Shown: positions 47,958-58,046 of the stretch, one piece after another
Numbering within the stretch: the stretch's first letter is position 1
Layout: each line of letters opens with the position of its first letter
Source: an uncultured Ruminococcus sp.
Lineage (GTDB): Bacteria > Bacillota > Clostridia > Oscillospirales > Acutalibacteraceae
Direction: 5' to 3'
DNA: 64,000 nt
NCBI GenBank assembly: GCA_902773635.1
Contig: CACYFH010000001.1
Location: 2,154 to 66,153 of the forward strand
The notes under the pieces: generated by a model
Databases searched by the model: none
What the model was told of the DNA's origin: nothing
Seen by the model: the letters and a program-made list of their open reading frames with translations, nothing else
Translations under genes and position numbers: made by a program

Positions 47958-50900
47958 ATGAAATTAAGACGAGTATTAAGCGTACTGCTTGCGGTACTCA
48001 TCGTCGTGTCTTGCGTTTCCGTGATCGGCACTGTTGCCGCTTTCGGCGCTGACGTTGACGCTGCTTCGTCCGGCTCTGCATATACCGATATGCAGGCTCA
48101 GACCACCGCCGCGAACAAGTACGGTCTGTCCGAGACCGTTAACGACGGTCTTACTCTGCAGGCGTGGAACTGGTCCTTCGCGAACATAGAAGCGAACCTC
48201 GAGAAAGTCGCCGAGCAGGGATTCACCACTATCCAGGTATCTCCCCCCAATGAGATCAAAATGGCCACTAAGGGCGTAAATGTGACTCAGGGCGATACTA
48301 ACGGTTGGTGGATGTTCTATCAGCCCGTTGCTTTCCAGATGAACCAGAGCACCGATAACGCTCTCGGCACTAAGGCTGAGTTCGTTTCTATGTGCGAAAA
48401 GGCTCATGCTCTCGGCCTTAAGGTCATCGTTGACGCGGTTATCAACCACGTTGGTACTAAGGACGGTACCCCCGACTCCGACTCCAGCGTTATGAACCAT
48501 GTTCATGACAAGGTTAGAACTTTCGAGCCCGTTATCTATAACAACCAGCTCTTCCATTCTCCCTGGAAGAAGATGGACTATATTGAGAGCAACAACACTC
48601 AGTATAACTCTACCTATGACCTTACCCGCAACTGCACCTCCGGTCTGCCCGACTTAAAGACCGAGGATCAGCGCGTTCAGGATGCTATCTATGATTATCT
48701 TGATGAGCTCATTACCGCCGGCGCAGACGGCTTCCGTTTTGACGCTGCTAAGCACATCGAGACTCCTGACGATATCAGCTCACTCGCTTCTGATTTCTGG
48801 ACCGACACCTTGAAGAAGGTTCAGACCAAGTATTCCGGCAAGGAAATCTACGCTTATGGCGAGATCCTTAACACCTGTGGTATCGGCCGTCCGTTCAGCA
48901 TGTACACCAAGCTGTTTGACGTAACCGACTCCGGCTCCTACTGGGCGATCAAGAATGCTGTTACCGGCTCCGGCGACAGCAACGCGACTCCCTTCTATCC
49001 GAACGCTAACTTCTCTTCCTCGAACACCGTTCTCTGGAACGAGTCCCACGACACCTATGTCGACGGCGCTACCACCAACCTGAACGTTGTCCAGCGCGGT
49101 AAGATCTGGGCGCTTGTTGCCGGCCGTAACGGCATCAGCTCCGTATATCTCGCCCGTCCTTCCGACAACACCGATACCGGCGCTCTGAACAGCATCAAGC
49201 TCGGCGATGTGAAGATGACCGCATGGTCCAACGCGACCACCAAGGCGATCAACCAGTTCCATAACTACTTCATCGGTCAGCCCGAGTACTGCACCGCGAA
49301 CTCCAGCGGCACTGCGTACATCGAGAGAGGCACCTCGGGCGCGATGATCGTCAACCTCGGCGGCACCACCACCAAGTCCGTCACGCTGACAAACCACAGA
49401 CTGACTGCCGGCACCTATAAGGACGCCATCACCGGCAACACCTTCACCGTTACCTCTTCTCAGATCAAGGGTAACGTCGGCAACACCGGCGTCGCAGTCC
49501 TCTATGAGAACAACGAGACTCCCACTGAGGCTCCCACCGAACCTCCGATCACCTATATCCTCGGCGATGCGAACAGCGACAACGATGTTCAGGTCGACGA
49601 CGCGACCAAGATCCTGCGCTATGTAGTTGATCTTGAAACCCTGACTGACGTCCAGACTCTCGCGGCTGATGTAGACGGCGACGGCTTCGTTACCGTTATC
49701 GACGCGACCATCATCCAGCGCTACGACGCTGAGATGCCCGTGAAGTATGACGTCGGCAAGGAAAAGACCACCTCTAAGCCGCAGCCCACCACTCCGTATG
49801 TACAGCCCACGACTCCGTATGTTGAGCCGACGAAGCCGTATGTTGAGCCGACCAGCTCTCCCGATCCCGTAGGTTCCTTCCTGCTGACCGATAACTTCGG
49901 TTGGGGCTCCGCGTATGTATACGCTTGGGATGCTGACGGCAACGAGCTCAACGGTCCGTGGCCGGGCGCTGCTCAGGCTGAGACCATCGTAAACGAAATG
50001 GGTCAGACCCAGTTCCGCTGCTATGTTCCCGAAGGCGCTATCGGCGTTATCCTGAGCAACGGCGACGGCGCTCAGACTGAGGATATCACCGACTTCACCA
50101 CCTATGACGGCTACTGGATGGACGGTACTAAGAATGAAAAGGGTCATTATAAAGTGACCGGCTGGAACTACGATCCCGATCCGCAGCCGACAACCGCTCC
50201 TCAGCCCTCCGGCGACGACGGTATCTACCTTGTTGGCGACTTTAATGACTGGACTCCCTCCGCGGATTACATGTTTACTGAGAACTCTGCGGCTCCCGGC
50301 GAGTACATGCTCAGCACAACTCTGACCGAAGGCGACGGCGTAAAGGTCGTGAAGGTTTCCGGCGGTCAGAAGACCTGGTATCCCGACGGCATGGATAACG
50401 ATTACAAGGTAGACGCGGCTCATGCCGGTGCAGTTACCATCTACTTCAAGGAGACCTATCAGGCAGATTGGGCTGCTTTCAAGGGCTATATGTATATTGA
50501 CAACGGTTCCACCCCCGATCCCGACCCGACCACTCCGTATGTTGAGCCGACCCAGCCCGTTGTTGAACCTGACGGCAGAACCATCATCTTCTCCAATAAC
50601 AAGGGCTTCAGCACCGTTAACATCTACTACTGGTCTGATGAGGATCAGCCTGTCGAATGGCCCGGCGTTCCGATGACTTATTATGACACAAATGAGGAAG
50701 GTGAGCAGAGATTCTCCTTTGAGATGCCCGCCGGCATGACCAACTACGTCATCAACGACGGCACACAACAGACTGTTGACATCACCTTTACCGGCTCTAC
50801 CGGCGTTTATATGACCGATAAGGATAACACCGGTAAATATAATGTAGATTTCTATGAGATCAGCGGAACCGATCCTACTCCGACTCCGCAGCCGACTACC

Positions 50901-51203
50901 GCTCCTCAGCCCGCCAAGACGACGCTTACTCTCGTACCCGGTGTATGGGATAAGGACGGCGCTCGCTTTGCTGCTTACTTCTTCGGAAACGGCGAGACCT
51001 GGGTCGATATGACCAAGTCCGGCAGTAATTATACTGTTGAAGTTCCCGACGGTTACACCAGCGTGATCTTCTGCCGTATGAACGGCGCAACTTCCGAGAA
51101 CAACTGGAACAACAAGTGGAACCAGACTTCTGACCTTACTATTCCTTCCGGCGGCGGTACTTATACAATTACCGGCTGGGGCAAGAGCGACGGTCACTGG
51201 TAA
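47958..51203 (+). CDS. Secreted GH13 alpha-amylase with internal dockerin and four C-terminal starch-binding-type modules
   Basis: Signal peptide; DAVINH, GFRFDAAKH, GEIL and ESHD catalytic regions; dockerin; P/T linkers; CBM26-like (YAW..WPG, YYW..WPG) and YLVGDFNDW modules. Confidence 0.92.
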   Translation: MKLRRVLSVLLAVLIVVSCVSVIGTVAAFGADVDAASSGSAYTDMQAQTTAANKYGLSETVNDGLTLQAWNWSFANIEANLEKVAEQGFTTIQVSPPNEIKMATKGVNVTQGDTNGWWMFYQPVAFQMNQSTDNALGTKAEFVSMCEKAHALGLKVIVDAVINHVGTKDGTPDSDSSVMNHVHDKVRTFEPVIYNNQLFHSPWKKMDYIESNNTQYNSTYDLTRNCTSGLPDLKTEDQRVQDAIYDYLDELITAGADGFRFDAAKHIETPDDISSLASDFWTDTLKKVQTKYSGKEIYAYGEILNTCGIGRPFSMYTKLFDVTDSGSYWAIKNAVTGSGDSNATPFYPNANFSSSNTVLWNESHDTYVDGATTNLNVVQRGKIWALVAGRNGISSVYLARPSDNTDTGALNSIKLGDVKMTAWSNATTKAINQFHNYFIGQPEYCTANSSGTAYIERGTSGAMIVNLGGTTTKSVTLTNHRLTAGTYKDAITGNTFTVTSSQIKGNVGNTGVAVLYENNETPTEAPTEPPITYILGDANSDNDVQVDDATKILRYVVDLETLTDVQTLAADVDGDGFVTVIDATIIQRYDAEMPVKYDVGKEKTTSKPQPTTPYVQPTTPYVEPTKPYVEPTSSPDPVGSFLLTDNFGWGSAYVYAWDADGNELNGPWPGAAQAETIVNEMGQTQFRCYVPEGAIGVILSNGDGAQTEDITDFTTYDGYWMDGTKNEKGHYKVTGWNYDPDPQPTTAPQPSGDDGIYLVGDFNDWTPSADYMFTENSAAPGEYMLSTTLTEGDGVKVVKVSGGQKTWYPDGMDNDYKVDAAHAGAVTIYFKETYQADWAAFKGYMYIDNGSTPDPDPTTPYVEPTQPVVEPDGRTIIFSNNKGFSTVNIYYWSDEDQPVEWPGVPMTYYDTNEEGEQRFSFEMPAGMTNYVINDGTQQTVDITFTGSTGVYMTDKDNTGKYNVDFYEISGTDPTPTPQPTTAPQPAKTTLTLVPGVWDKDGARFAAYFFGNGETWVDMTKSGSNYTVEVPDGYTSVIFCRMNGATSENNWNNKWNQTSDLTIPSGGGTYTITGWGKSDGHW

Positions 51204-51235
51204 TATCTTAATTGATAATTTATCCTAAATTTTTT

Positions 51236-51264
51236 GGGGGCAGGCCTCGGTCTGCCCCCTTATT
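51236..51264 (+). terminator. Hairpin after amylase
   Basis: GGGGGCAGGC-ctcg-GTCTGCCCCC-TTATT. Confidence 0.65.
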
Positions 51265-51282
51265 ATGCGATGAGGTGCAATT

Positions 51283-51885
51283 ATGCATATCCCTTCTTCC
51301 GATACTGCTGATATCGAGGTGCTGACCTTTGCCGACGCGCAGAAGAGCACCAACGACAGCTATGACAAGACCCGCTGGCTCTATGTGCCGGATTTCTACA
51401 GCGAGTACCGTTACATCCTCGGCACAAGAGGGGAGAAGCCGCTCATCTGCATTGGCATCAACCCTTCCACCGCCGAGCCGGATAACCTCGACAACACGCT
51501 GAAATCCGTGGAGCGCATCGCCCTCTTCAATGGCTATGACAGCTTCATCATGTTCAATGTTTACGCCCAGAGAGCGACCAACCCCGACGACATGGAGCGC
51601 GAATGCAACACGCTTCTGCATGAGGAAAACATGAAGGCGTTCGATTATATCCTCAGTCTCAGCGAGAAGCCCTCGATCTGGGCGGCATGGGGCAATATCA
51701 TCGAGAAGCGCCCCTACCTGCCGGACTGCGTGCGGAGCATGATCGCCCTCGGAGAGAAGCACGGCGCACAGTGGTTTTCCTCCGGCAAGATCTCTAAGAA
51801 GGGTCATCCGCACCACCCGCTCTATCTGCGGAAGGATTCTCTGCTTGACCCGTTTGATATCGAAAACTATATCGCAAAGCTGTGA
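51283..51885 (+). CDS. DUF1643 domain protein
   Basis: YRYIL; IGINPSTA; NVYAQRATNP; AAWG; HPHHPLY. Confidence 0.8.
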   Translation: MHIPSSDTADIEVLTFADAQKSTNDSYDKTRWLYVPDFYSEYRYILGTRGEKPLICIGINPSTAEPDNLDNTLKSVERIALFNGYDSFIMFNVYAQRATNPDDMERECNTLLHEENMKAFDYILSLSEKPSIWAAWGNIIEKRPYLPDCVRSMIALGEKHGAQWFSSGKISKKGHPHHPLYLRKDSLLDPFDIENYIAKL

Positions 51886-52071
51886 TAATTTAAGCAGCTT
51901 TGCGTTTTTTTATAATCACTGTATCATATAGAACGTTACTTCTGTTCACTCCGACAAAATTTTACAAGAGACTTGCAAATATGTCTGTCATCATCTATAA
52001 TTAATGAGTTATAGAATACATTTTCTGTCATCGCTTTTAATTCGGTATAATCTTTTCTCGGAGGAGCTTAA

Positions 52072-55000
52072 ATGTTAAAAAAATCTCTGTCATTTGTATT
52101 GACTTGCATCATGATCATTTCGGTCTTTACAATTCTGCCTCTTTCCGCATCCGCGGAGGAAACGGAGATAATTGCGTCGCCGGATATTTCGGATGAAACA
52201 GTTTCGTTGCTGCCGACGCAGACAGTTGAAGAAACCCGCGAAAATGATACCTTTATCCAATCGGAAGCCCCTGTTGCCGCTGTGGGCGCGGTCGCTGATA
52301 CCGAGCCTACAGAGAAGGTTGTACCGACGGAAGCGCCGGAGGTGAAGCGCTTCCCGATGATCGACAGCATCACCAATACGAACAGCGGCGCCGTCATCCG
52401 CTGGAAACCCTTTGAGGATAACACGAGATACCGCGTGTATTACCGTTCCGAGAACGGCTGGACGCGCTTTGCGAACGTGACAGGTGATTCCTGCACCGAT
52501 AAGACCGTCCGCGACGGCATGACGCGCATTTACACCATCCGCTGTGTGGATGAAAACGGCGCGTACACCTCAGATTTTAACCGCGACGGCTGGCAGAATA
52601 CCTACTACGCCGCGCCGCAGATCAAGTCGCTGACAAGCACCACCGCCGGCGTCAAGCTGACCTGGGACGTACCCGAGGGCGCAGAGGAATACCGCGTTTA
52701 CCGCAGGACAAAAGGCGCCGACTGGACGCGTCTCGCGCAGTTCAGCGGCTCTGAGTACACGGACACGACCCCTGTTTCGGGCACATCATATATCTACACC
52801 ATCCGCATGATCACTGCGGTCGGCGAGCAGTTTATGAGCGATTATGTCCCCGGCAAGAGCATCACCTATGTCGCCGCGCCGCGGATCACTTCCATCGAGA
52901 ATACCGAGAACGGCGCTGTCATCCGCTGGGCGAAGAGCGTTGGCGCTTACTATTACCGCGTCTATTACCGCAACCCGACCGGCTGGACTAAGCTCACCCA
53001 GACGACCGCGACCTCCTACACGGATAAATCGGCTGTCAACGGTCAGAAGCGCCTGTATACGGTGCGCTGTTTCGACGCGAGGGAGAATTATCTCAGCGAT
53101 TTTTACCGCGATAATATGACCAATACCTATTATGCGGCGCCTGAGATCGCTTCCCTGACCTGCACCACCTCCGGCGTAACGGTCAAGTGGGATCGTCCTC
53201 AGGGCGCTGAGGACTACCGCGTCTACCGCAAGCTCCCCGGCAAGAGCTGGACGCGACTGACCCAGACGAATGAGTCCTCCTATACGGATACGACCGCTGT
53301 TTCCGGTACTACCTATATCTATACCATTCGCATGATCTCATCCGTCGGCGAGAAGTTCATGAGCGATTATCTCTCCGGCAAGAGCATCGCTTACGTTTCC
53401 GCTCCGAAGATCACGGGCATCACGAACGCCGCAAACGGTGCGAAGCTCACCTGGGACAAATGTGTCGGCGCGGAGAAGTACCGCGTTTACTATCGCGGCG
53501 CCAACGGCTGGGTGCGTATCGCGGAGGTCAAGGGTACTTCCTATACCGACGTCGGCGTGAGTAACGGCGAGACGCGCAAGTATACCGTCCGCTGTATGAA
53601 CAAGAACGGCGGTTATGCAAGCGATTTCTACAGAGAAGGCCGGCTCAACACCTTCTATGCTCCCGTGACGATCAAGATGATCGACAAGACCGACGGCGGC
53701 GTTTCCCTGAGCTGGAACGCGCTTGATCCTTCCGATACCTTTGTGATCTATCGCGGCGAGAACGGCGGGAACCGTACCGAGCTTGACAAGACTGTCGGCG
53801 GCGAATACACCGATAAGACCGCGAAGGAAGGTGTGAAATACACCTATTCCGTCCGCATGCTTTCGCAGGACGGTGAGGAATTCCTCACCGCGATGGGCAC
53901 TGAGGTCTCCTTTCTGACCTGCGCCGTTCCGCAGATCACCTTCATGGAAGCAGACAAGGACGGCGTTAAGCTGAAATGGAACAAGGACGAGAATGCTTCC
54001 GGCTATCGCGTCTATGATATCTCAGGCGGTGAGCCTGTGGCGCTCGGTGACGCGAAAGGCGCGAGCTTTACCGATAAGACGATCAAAGAGGGCGAGACGC
54101 GCGTATACACGGTCTGCTGTCTGAACAGCACCGGCGGCGTGATGAGCGATTATTCCGCCGAGGGCTGGCGCTTAACCCGATACAGCGCGCCCGGTCGCGT
54201 GAATGTCTCATTGAATGAGAGCGGTCAGACGGTCGTCAGCTGGGATGACGCGGGCGTTGCCGGATACCGTCTCTATCGCAAGGCTCCGGGCGGCTCATGG
54301 ACAAGGACCTTTGATCAGTCTCCCGCGACCTCTTATGTTGACGAAGTCGCTCAGAAGGGTGACGTATACACCTACACGCTCCGCTATGTGGAGGAGAATG
54401 GTTATCTGTGCAGTTATTATTTCTCCGATACGCTTTATTACTGTGACGGTGCGCTCGCGAACGGCGAGCTGAGAATGGACGGAAACTCCTATCTTTTCAA
54501 GGACGGCGTTCTGGAATCCGGCTTCCGCACGGTTGATGGCAAGAAGTATTATTACGACTTGAGCGGCGCTTTGGTGAAGAACGATCTCGTCGGCTCCGAC
54601 AAAGAGGGCTGGTACTTTGCCGACAGCAAGGGTGTTTGCTGTGAGAGCGAGGAGATCCGTCTCGCGGCTGATTTCATGGCGCGTTACTGCAAGGGCTCGA
54701 CGCTCAAGGAGAAGATGAAGAGCGGCTTCATGTATATGGCGAAGAACTTCCCGTATAAGCGTACCTTCGGCATCCCGAAATCCAACGCGGAGATGTCCGG
54801 GCTTGCCTCGGACGCCTTCAAGGACAAAGCCGCCAACTGTTACCGCTATGCGGCGGCGTTCTGCTGTCTGGCGCGGATGGCGGGCTATCGCGCGCGCGTC
54901 AGCATCGGAGCCGCAGGCACCAGTCCGCATGGCTGGACGGAGGTTTTTGTAGACGGAAAATGGCTTTACTGTGACGTCGACGCGAATCTGCCGACTTATC

Positions 55001-55107
55001 ATGTGCCTGATTATTATGCTTATATGATGACGAATCACTGTTGGTATATCACCAGCGACTTCAAGTCTGAGCTGGTCATAGAGGACGGCGAGGCTGTCTG
55101 GAAGTAA
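52072..55107 (+). CDS. Secreted protein with eight FN3-like repeats, cell-wall-binding-like repeats and C-terminal transglutaminase-like (Cys-His-Asp) domain
   Basis: Signal peptide; W..YRVYR..W..YTD..YT.R repeats; ANCYRYA..HGWTEV..WLYCD; promoter TTGCAA-17-TATAAT upstream. Confidence 0.8.
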   Translation: MLKKSLSFVLTCIMIISVFTILPLSASAEETEIIASPDISDETVSLLPTQTVEETRENDTFIQSEAPVAAVGAVADTEPTEKVVPTEAPEVKRFPMIDSITNTNSGAVIRWKPFEDNTRYRVYYRSENGWTRFANVTGDSCTDKTVRDGMTRIYTIRCVDENGAYTSDFNRDGWQNTYYAAPQIKSLTSTTAGVKLTWDVPEGAEEYRVYRRTKGADWTRLAQFSGSEYTDTTPVSGTSYIYTIRMITAVGEQFMSDYVPGKSITYVAAPRITSIENTENGAVIRWAKSVGAYYYRVYYRNPTGWTKLTQTTATSYTDKSAVNGQKRLYTVRCFDARENYLSDFYRDNMTNTYYAAPEIASLTCTTSGVTVKWDRPQGAEDYRVYRKLPGKSWTRLTQTNESSYTDTTAVSGTTYIYTIRMISSVGEKFMSDYLSGKSIAYVSAPKITGITNAANGAKLTWDKCVGAEKYRVYYRGANGWVRIAEVKGTSYTDVGVSNGETRKYTVRCMNKNGGYASDFYREGRLNTFYAPVTIKMIDKTDGGVSLSWNALDPSDTFVIYRGENGGNRTELDKTVGGEYTDKTAKEGVKYTYSVRMLSQDGEEFLTAMGTEVSFLTCAVPQITFMEADKDGVKLKWNKDENASGYRVYDISGGEPVALGDAKGASFTDKTIKEGETRVYTVCCLNSTGGVMSDYSAEGWRLTRYSAPGRVNVSLNESGQTVVSWDDAGVAGYRLYRKAPGGSWTRTFDQSPATSYVDEVAQKGDVYTYTLRYVEENGYLCSYYFSDTLYYCDGALANGELRMDGNSYLFKDGVLESGFRTVDGKKYYYDLSGALVKNDLVGSDKEGWYFADSKGVCCESEEIRLAADFMARYCKGSTLKEKMKSGFMYMAKNFPYKRTFGIPKSNAEMSGLASDAFKDKAANCYRYAAAFCCLARMAGYRARVSIGAAGTSPHGWTEVFVDGKWLYCDVDANLPTYHVPDYYAYMMTNHCWYITSDFKSELVIEDGEAVWK

Positions 55108-55156
55108 TCATCTGAAACGCTTCTCTTTTCCTATTTCCTGAGAAAGGATCTCTTTC

Positions 55157-56584
55157 ATGGTATTTAGTTCACTGACATTTCTCTGTGTTTTTCTTCCGGC
55201 TGTTTTCCTGCTGTATACGGTCATACCGAACCTCAGGGTACGCAACGCGCTCCTGATCATCGCGAGCCTGGTGTTCTATGCCTACGGCGAGCCGATCTAT
55301 GTACTGCTGATGATCTTCAGCTCGGTGCTCAATTATATTTGCGCGCTCTTTGTGAGATCCGGCAAACGCGGCAAGAACCGCGCGGTGCTGGTACTCGCGG
55401 TGATCGTCAATCTGGGGATCCTCGCGGTATTCAAGTATACCGGCTTCTTTGTCACCTCGCTCAACGGCGCGTTCGGGCTGTCGATCCCGGTTCCCGAGAT
55501 TGCGCTTCCGGTGGGTATCTCCTTCTTCACCTTTCAGGCGCTGTCTTATGTTATCGACGTTTACCGCGGCGATGCGAAGGTGCAGAAGAACTACTTCCGC
55601 GTGTTGCTGTATATCAGCTTCTTCCCGCAGTTGATCGCCGGCCCGATCGTCAAGTACCGCGATATCGACGAGCAGATCGGTAACCGCGCCCAGTCGATTG
55701 AGAAGATCGCGCGCGGTCTGAGACGCTTCATCTGCGGTCTCGGCAAGAAGGTGCTGATCGCGAACACGATGGGGCAGACTGCAGATATCATCTTCAATTC
55801 CGATATGAGCGCGCTGTCGATGCCCGCCGCATGGCTGGGCGCGATCGCGTATCTCTTTCAGATCTACTACGATTTCTGCGGCTATTCCGATATGGCGATC
55901 GGTCTCGGCTTGATGTTCGGCTTTGAGTTTAAGGAGAACTTCATGTACCCTTACGGCGCGACGAGCATCCAGGACTTCTGGCGCAGATGGCATATCTCGC
56001 TGTCGACCTGGTTCAAGGAATATTTGTATATCCCGCTCGGCGGCAACCGCAAGGGCAAGGCGAGAACCTATATCAACCGCATGATCGTCTTTTTCTGCAC
56101 GGGCTTGTGGCACGGCGCAAGCTGGACGTTCGTGCTCTGGGGCATTTACCACGGACTGTTCCTGATCCTTGAGGGCGTGATCCCCGCGATCAAGAAGCTC
56201 CCGCGCGCGATCGCCCATATCTATACGCTTCTGGTGGTGACGGTCGGCTTTGTGCTCTTCCGCGCTGATACCATCGGACAGGGCTTCACGGTGATCGGCA
56301 AGATGTTCTCCGGCTTCCCGGTGACGGACAGCTCCATGAGCCTGACCCTGACCCAGCTCACGCCGTGGTTCCTGCTGATGCTCCTTGCGGCAATTATCGG
56401 CTGTGCGCCGATCCGTCCGCTCGCGGATAAGCTGCGAATGAAGCTCTACGGCGACGGCACGCTGAGCAAGGGGATGCAGGCGGTGCAGATCGCGCTGTAT
56501 GTGCTCTCGTTCGTCCTGCTGTTCTGGTGCATGATTCGCCTCTCGGCGACCTCATACAATCCGTTCATTTATTTCAGATTCTAG
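55157..56584 (+). CDS. MBOAT O-acyltransferase (AlgI/PatA/DltB family)
   Basis: LPVGISFFTFQ; FFPQLIAGPI; DFWRRWHISLS; GLWHGA; C-terminal FIYFRF motif. Confidence 0.93.
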   Translation: MVFSSLTFLCVFLPAVFLLYTVIPNLRVRNALLIIASLVFYAYGEPIYVLLMIFSSVLNYICALFVRSGKRGKNRAVLVLAVIVNLGILAVFKYTGFFVTSLNGAFGLSIPVPEIALPVGISFFTFQALSYVIDVYRGDAKVQKNYFRVLLYISFFPQLIAGPIVKYRDIDEQIGNRAQSIEKIARGLRRFICGLGKKVLIANTMGQTADIIFNSDMSALSMPAAWLGAIAYLFQIYYDFCGYSDMAIGLGLMFGFEFKENFMYPYGATSIQDFWRRWHISLSTWFKEYLYIPLGGNRKGKARTYINRMIVFFCTGLWHGASWTFVLWGIYHGLFLILEGVIPAIKKLPRAIAHIYTLLVVTVGFVLFRADTIGQGFTVIGKMFSGFPVTDSSMSLTLTQLTPWFLLMLLAAIIGCAPIRPLADKLRMKLYGDGTLSKGMQAVQIALYVLSFVLLFWCMIRLSATSYNPFIYFRF

Positions 56585-56593
56585 AAAGGCGGC

Positions 56594-58030
56594 ATGAAAA
56601 TGAAAAAAACCTTACTGCTGCTTTTCGTGATCGCTTGCCTGCTGCTCTGCGCCGTTCCGTCCGTCGGGATGATCTTCCATCCGACCACGGAGCGCATCGG
56701 CAACGAGCCTGAGACGCCGCTCCCGTCGATCACGGCTGAGGACGGAAGCTTCAACAGCGCCTTCCTCCCGCAGACAGGCACCTATTTCGACAAGCATTTC
56801 GCATTCCGTCCGCAGTCGATCACAGCGGACGCGATGATCCAGTCGCGTGTGTTTAAGACCTCCGACCTCGACACCGTCACGGTCGGCAGCAACGGCTGGC
56901 TGTATTATTCCTCTACCCTCGACGACTTCTTAGGCAGGAATACTCTTTCCCAAAAGGAGATCAACGGTATCCTTCATAACCTGACGCTTGTGCAGGAGAC
57001 CGTCGAGAAGAAGGGCGCGAAGTTCCTCTTCACGATCGCTCCCAACAAGAATACCCTCTATCCCGAGAACATGCCGTATTATTATAAGAAAGCAGCGTCC
57101 GAGACCCGTAACCGCGACCTGTTTGAGAAAGCGGTCACTGACAGCGGGCTGAACTACTGTGATCTGTTCGCACTGTTCAAGGGTCAGGACGAGATATTGT
57201 ATCTCAAGGAGGATTCTCACTGGAACGATAAGGGCGCGCTGCTCGCTTATAACGCGATCCTCGACACGGTCGGGAAGGAGCATAACGATTACAGCGGCGC
57301 AGAGGTCACGCGCTCACGCGATTTCTACGGTGACCTCGCGAAGATGCTCTATCCCGCGGGTCAGCAGCCCGAGTACAACTATCATTACGATATCGTGCCG
57401 ACTTATTCCTACCTTACGCCCACAAAGAGCGTTGAGGACGCCGTCATCAAGACAGAGAACCCCGCTGCTTCCGGCAGTCTGTATATGTACCGCGATTCCT
57501 TCGGAAATGCGCTGCTCCCGTTCTTTGCGAACGCCTACGGCAACGCGCATTTCACCAAGGCGTACCCGATCAACCTCGATCTGGATATGCTGACCGGCAA
57601 GAGCGACACGGTCATTTTTGAGATCGTTGAGAGGAATCTCGGCTGGTTTTTGAACGATCCGCCCGTCATGCAGGCTCCCGAAAGAGCGCTGAGCGTCTCG
57701 GCAGGCGAACAGGGAAGGGGAGATGTGCAGAGCGAGCTCTCTGAGGTCAATATGCAGTACATCGCTGTCAGCGGCTCTGTGGACAGCAAGCTATGTGACG
57801 ATGATTCCGCTGTCTATCTCAAGATCAGCGGCTCAGACGGCAGAGAACGCATTTATGAAGCCTACAGCGGCGCTTGTGTCGACGGCAACGATCGGTTCCT
57901 CGCGTACATTCCCGCGTCTTTGTATGCGGATCAACCGCTGGAGGTCGACGTTCTCGTCGGCAAGAATACAGAAGCAACTCAGGTATATCATGCCTCGCTC
58001 GAGCCTGTCTCGACCGGGGTAACACAATAA
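56594..58030 (+). CDS. AlgJ/AlgX-like SGNH O-acetyltransferase
   Basis: N-terminal anchor; GSNGWLY; IAPNK; DSHWN (DxH); GDL; RDSFGN; IVER. Confidence 0.82.
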   Translation: MKMKKTLLLLFVIACLLLCAVPSVGMIFHPTTERIGNEPETPLPSITAEDGSFNSAFLPQTGTYFDKHFAFRPQSITADAMIQSRVFKTSDLDTVTVGSNGWLYYSSTLDDFLGRNTLSQKEINGILHNLTLVQETVEKKGAKFLFTIAPNKNTLYPENMPYYYKKAASETRNRDLFEKAVTDSGLNYCDLFALFKGQDEILYLKEDSHWNDKGALLAYNAILDTVGKEHNDYSGAEVTRSRDFYGDLAKMLYPAGQQPEYNYHYDIVPTYSYLTPTKSVEDAVIKTENPAASGSLYMYRDSFGNALLPFFANAYGNAHFTKAYPINLDLDMLTGKSDTVIFEIVERNLGWFLNDPPVMQAPERALSVSAGEQGRGDVQSELSEVNMQYIAVSGSVDSKLCDDDSAVYLKISGSDGRERIYEAYSGACVDGNDRFLAYIPASLYADQPLEVDVLVGKNTEATQVYHASLEPVSTGVTQ

Positions 58031-58046
58031 AGAAAGGTGTTCTATT

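Noticed and set aside
48780-51197. 805-aa antisense ORF (and similar ones opposite rpoD, sortase, scpA and the MBOAT gene)
   Set aside because: Expected from strong GC3 codon bias on the sense strand; no RBS or recognisable motifs
51931-51942. LexA-like box GAACGTTACTTC
   Set aside because: Mismatch in the conserved GTTC half-site, single copy, and no SOS-type gene downstream
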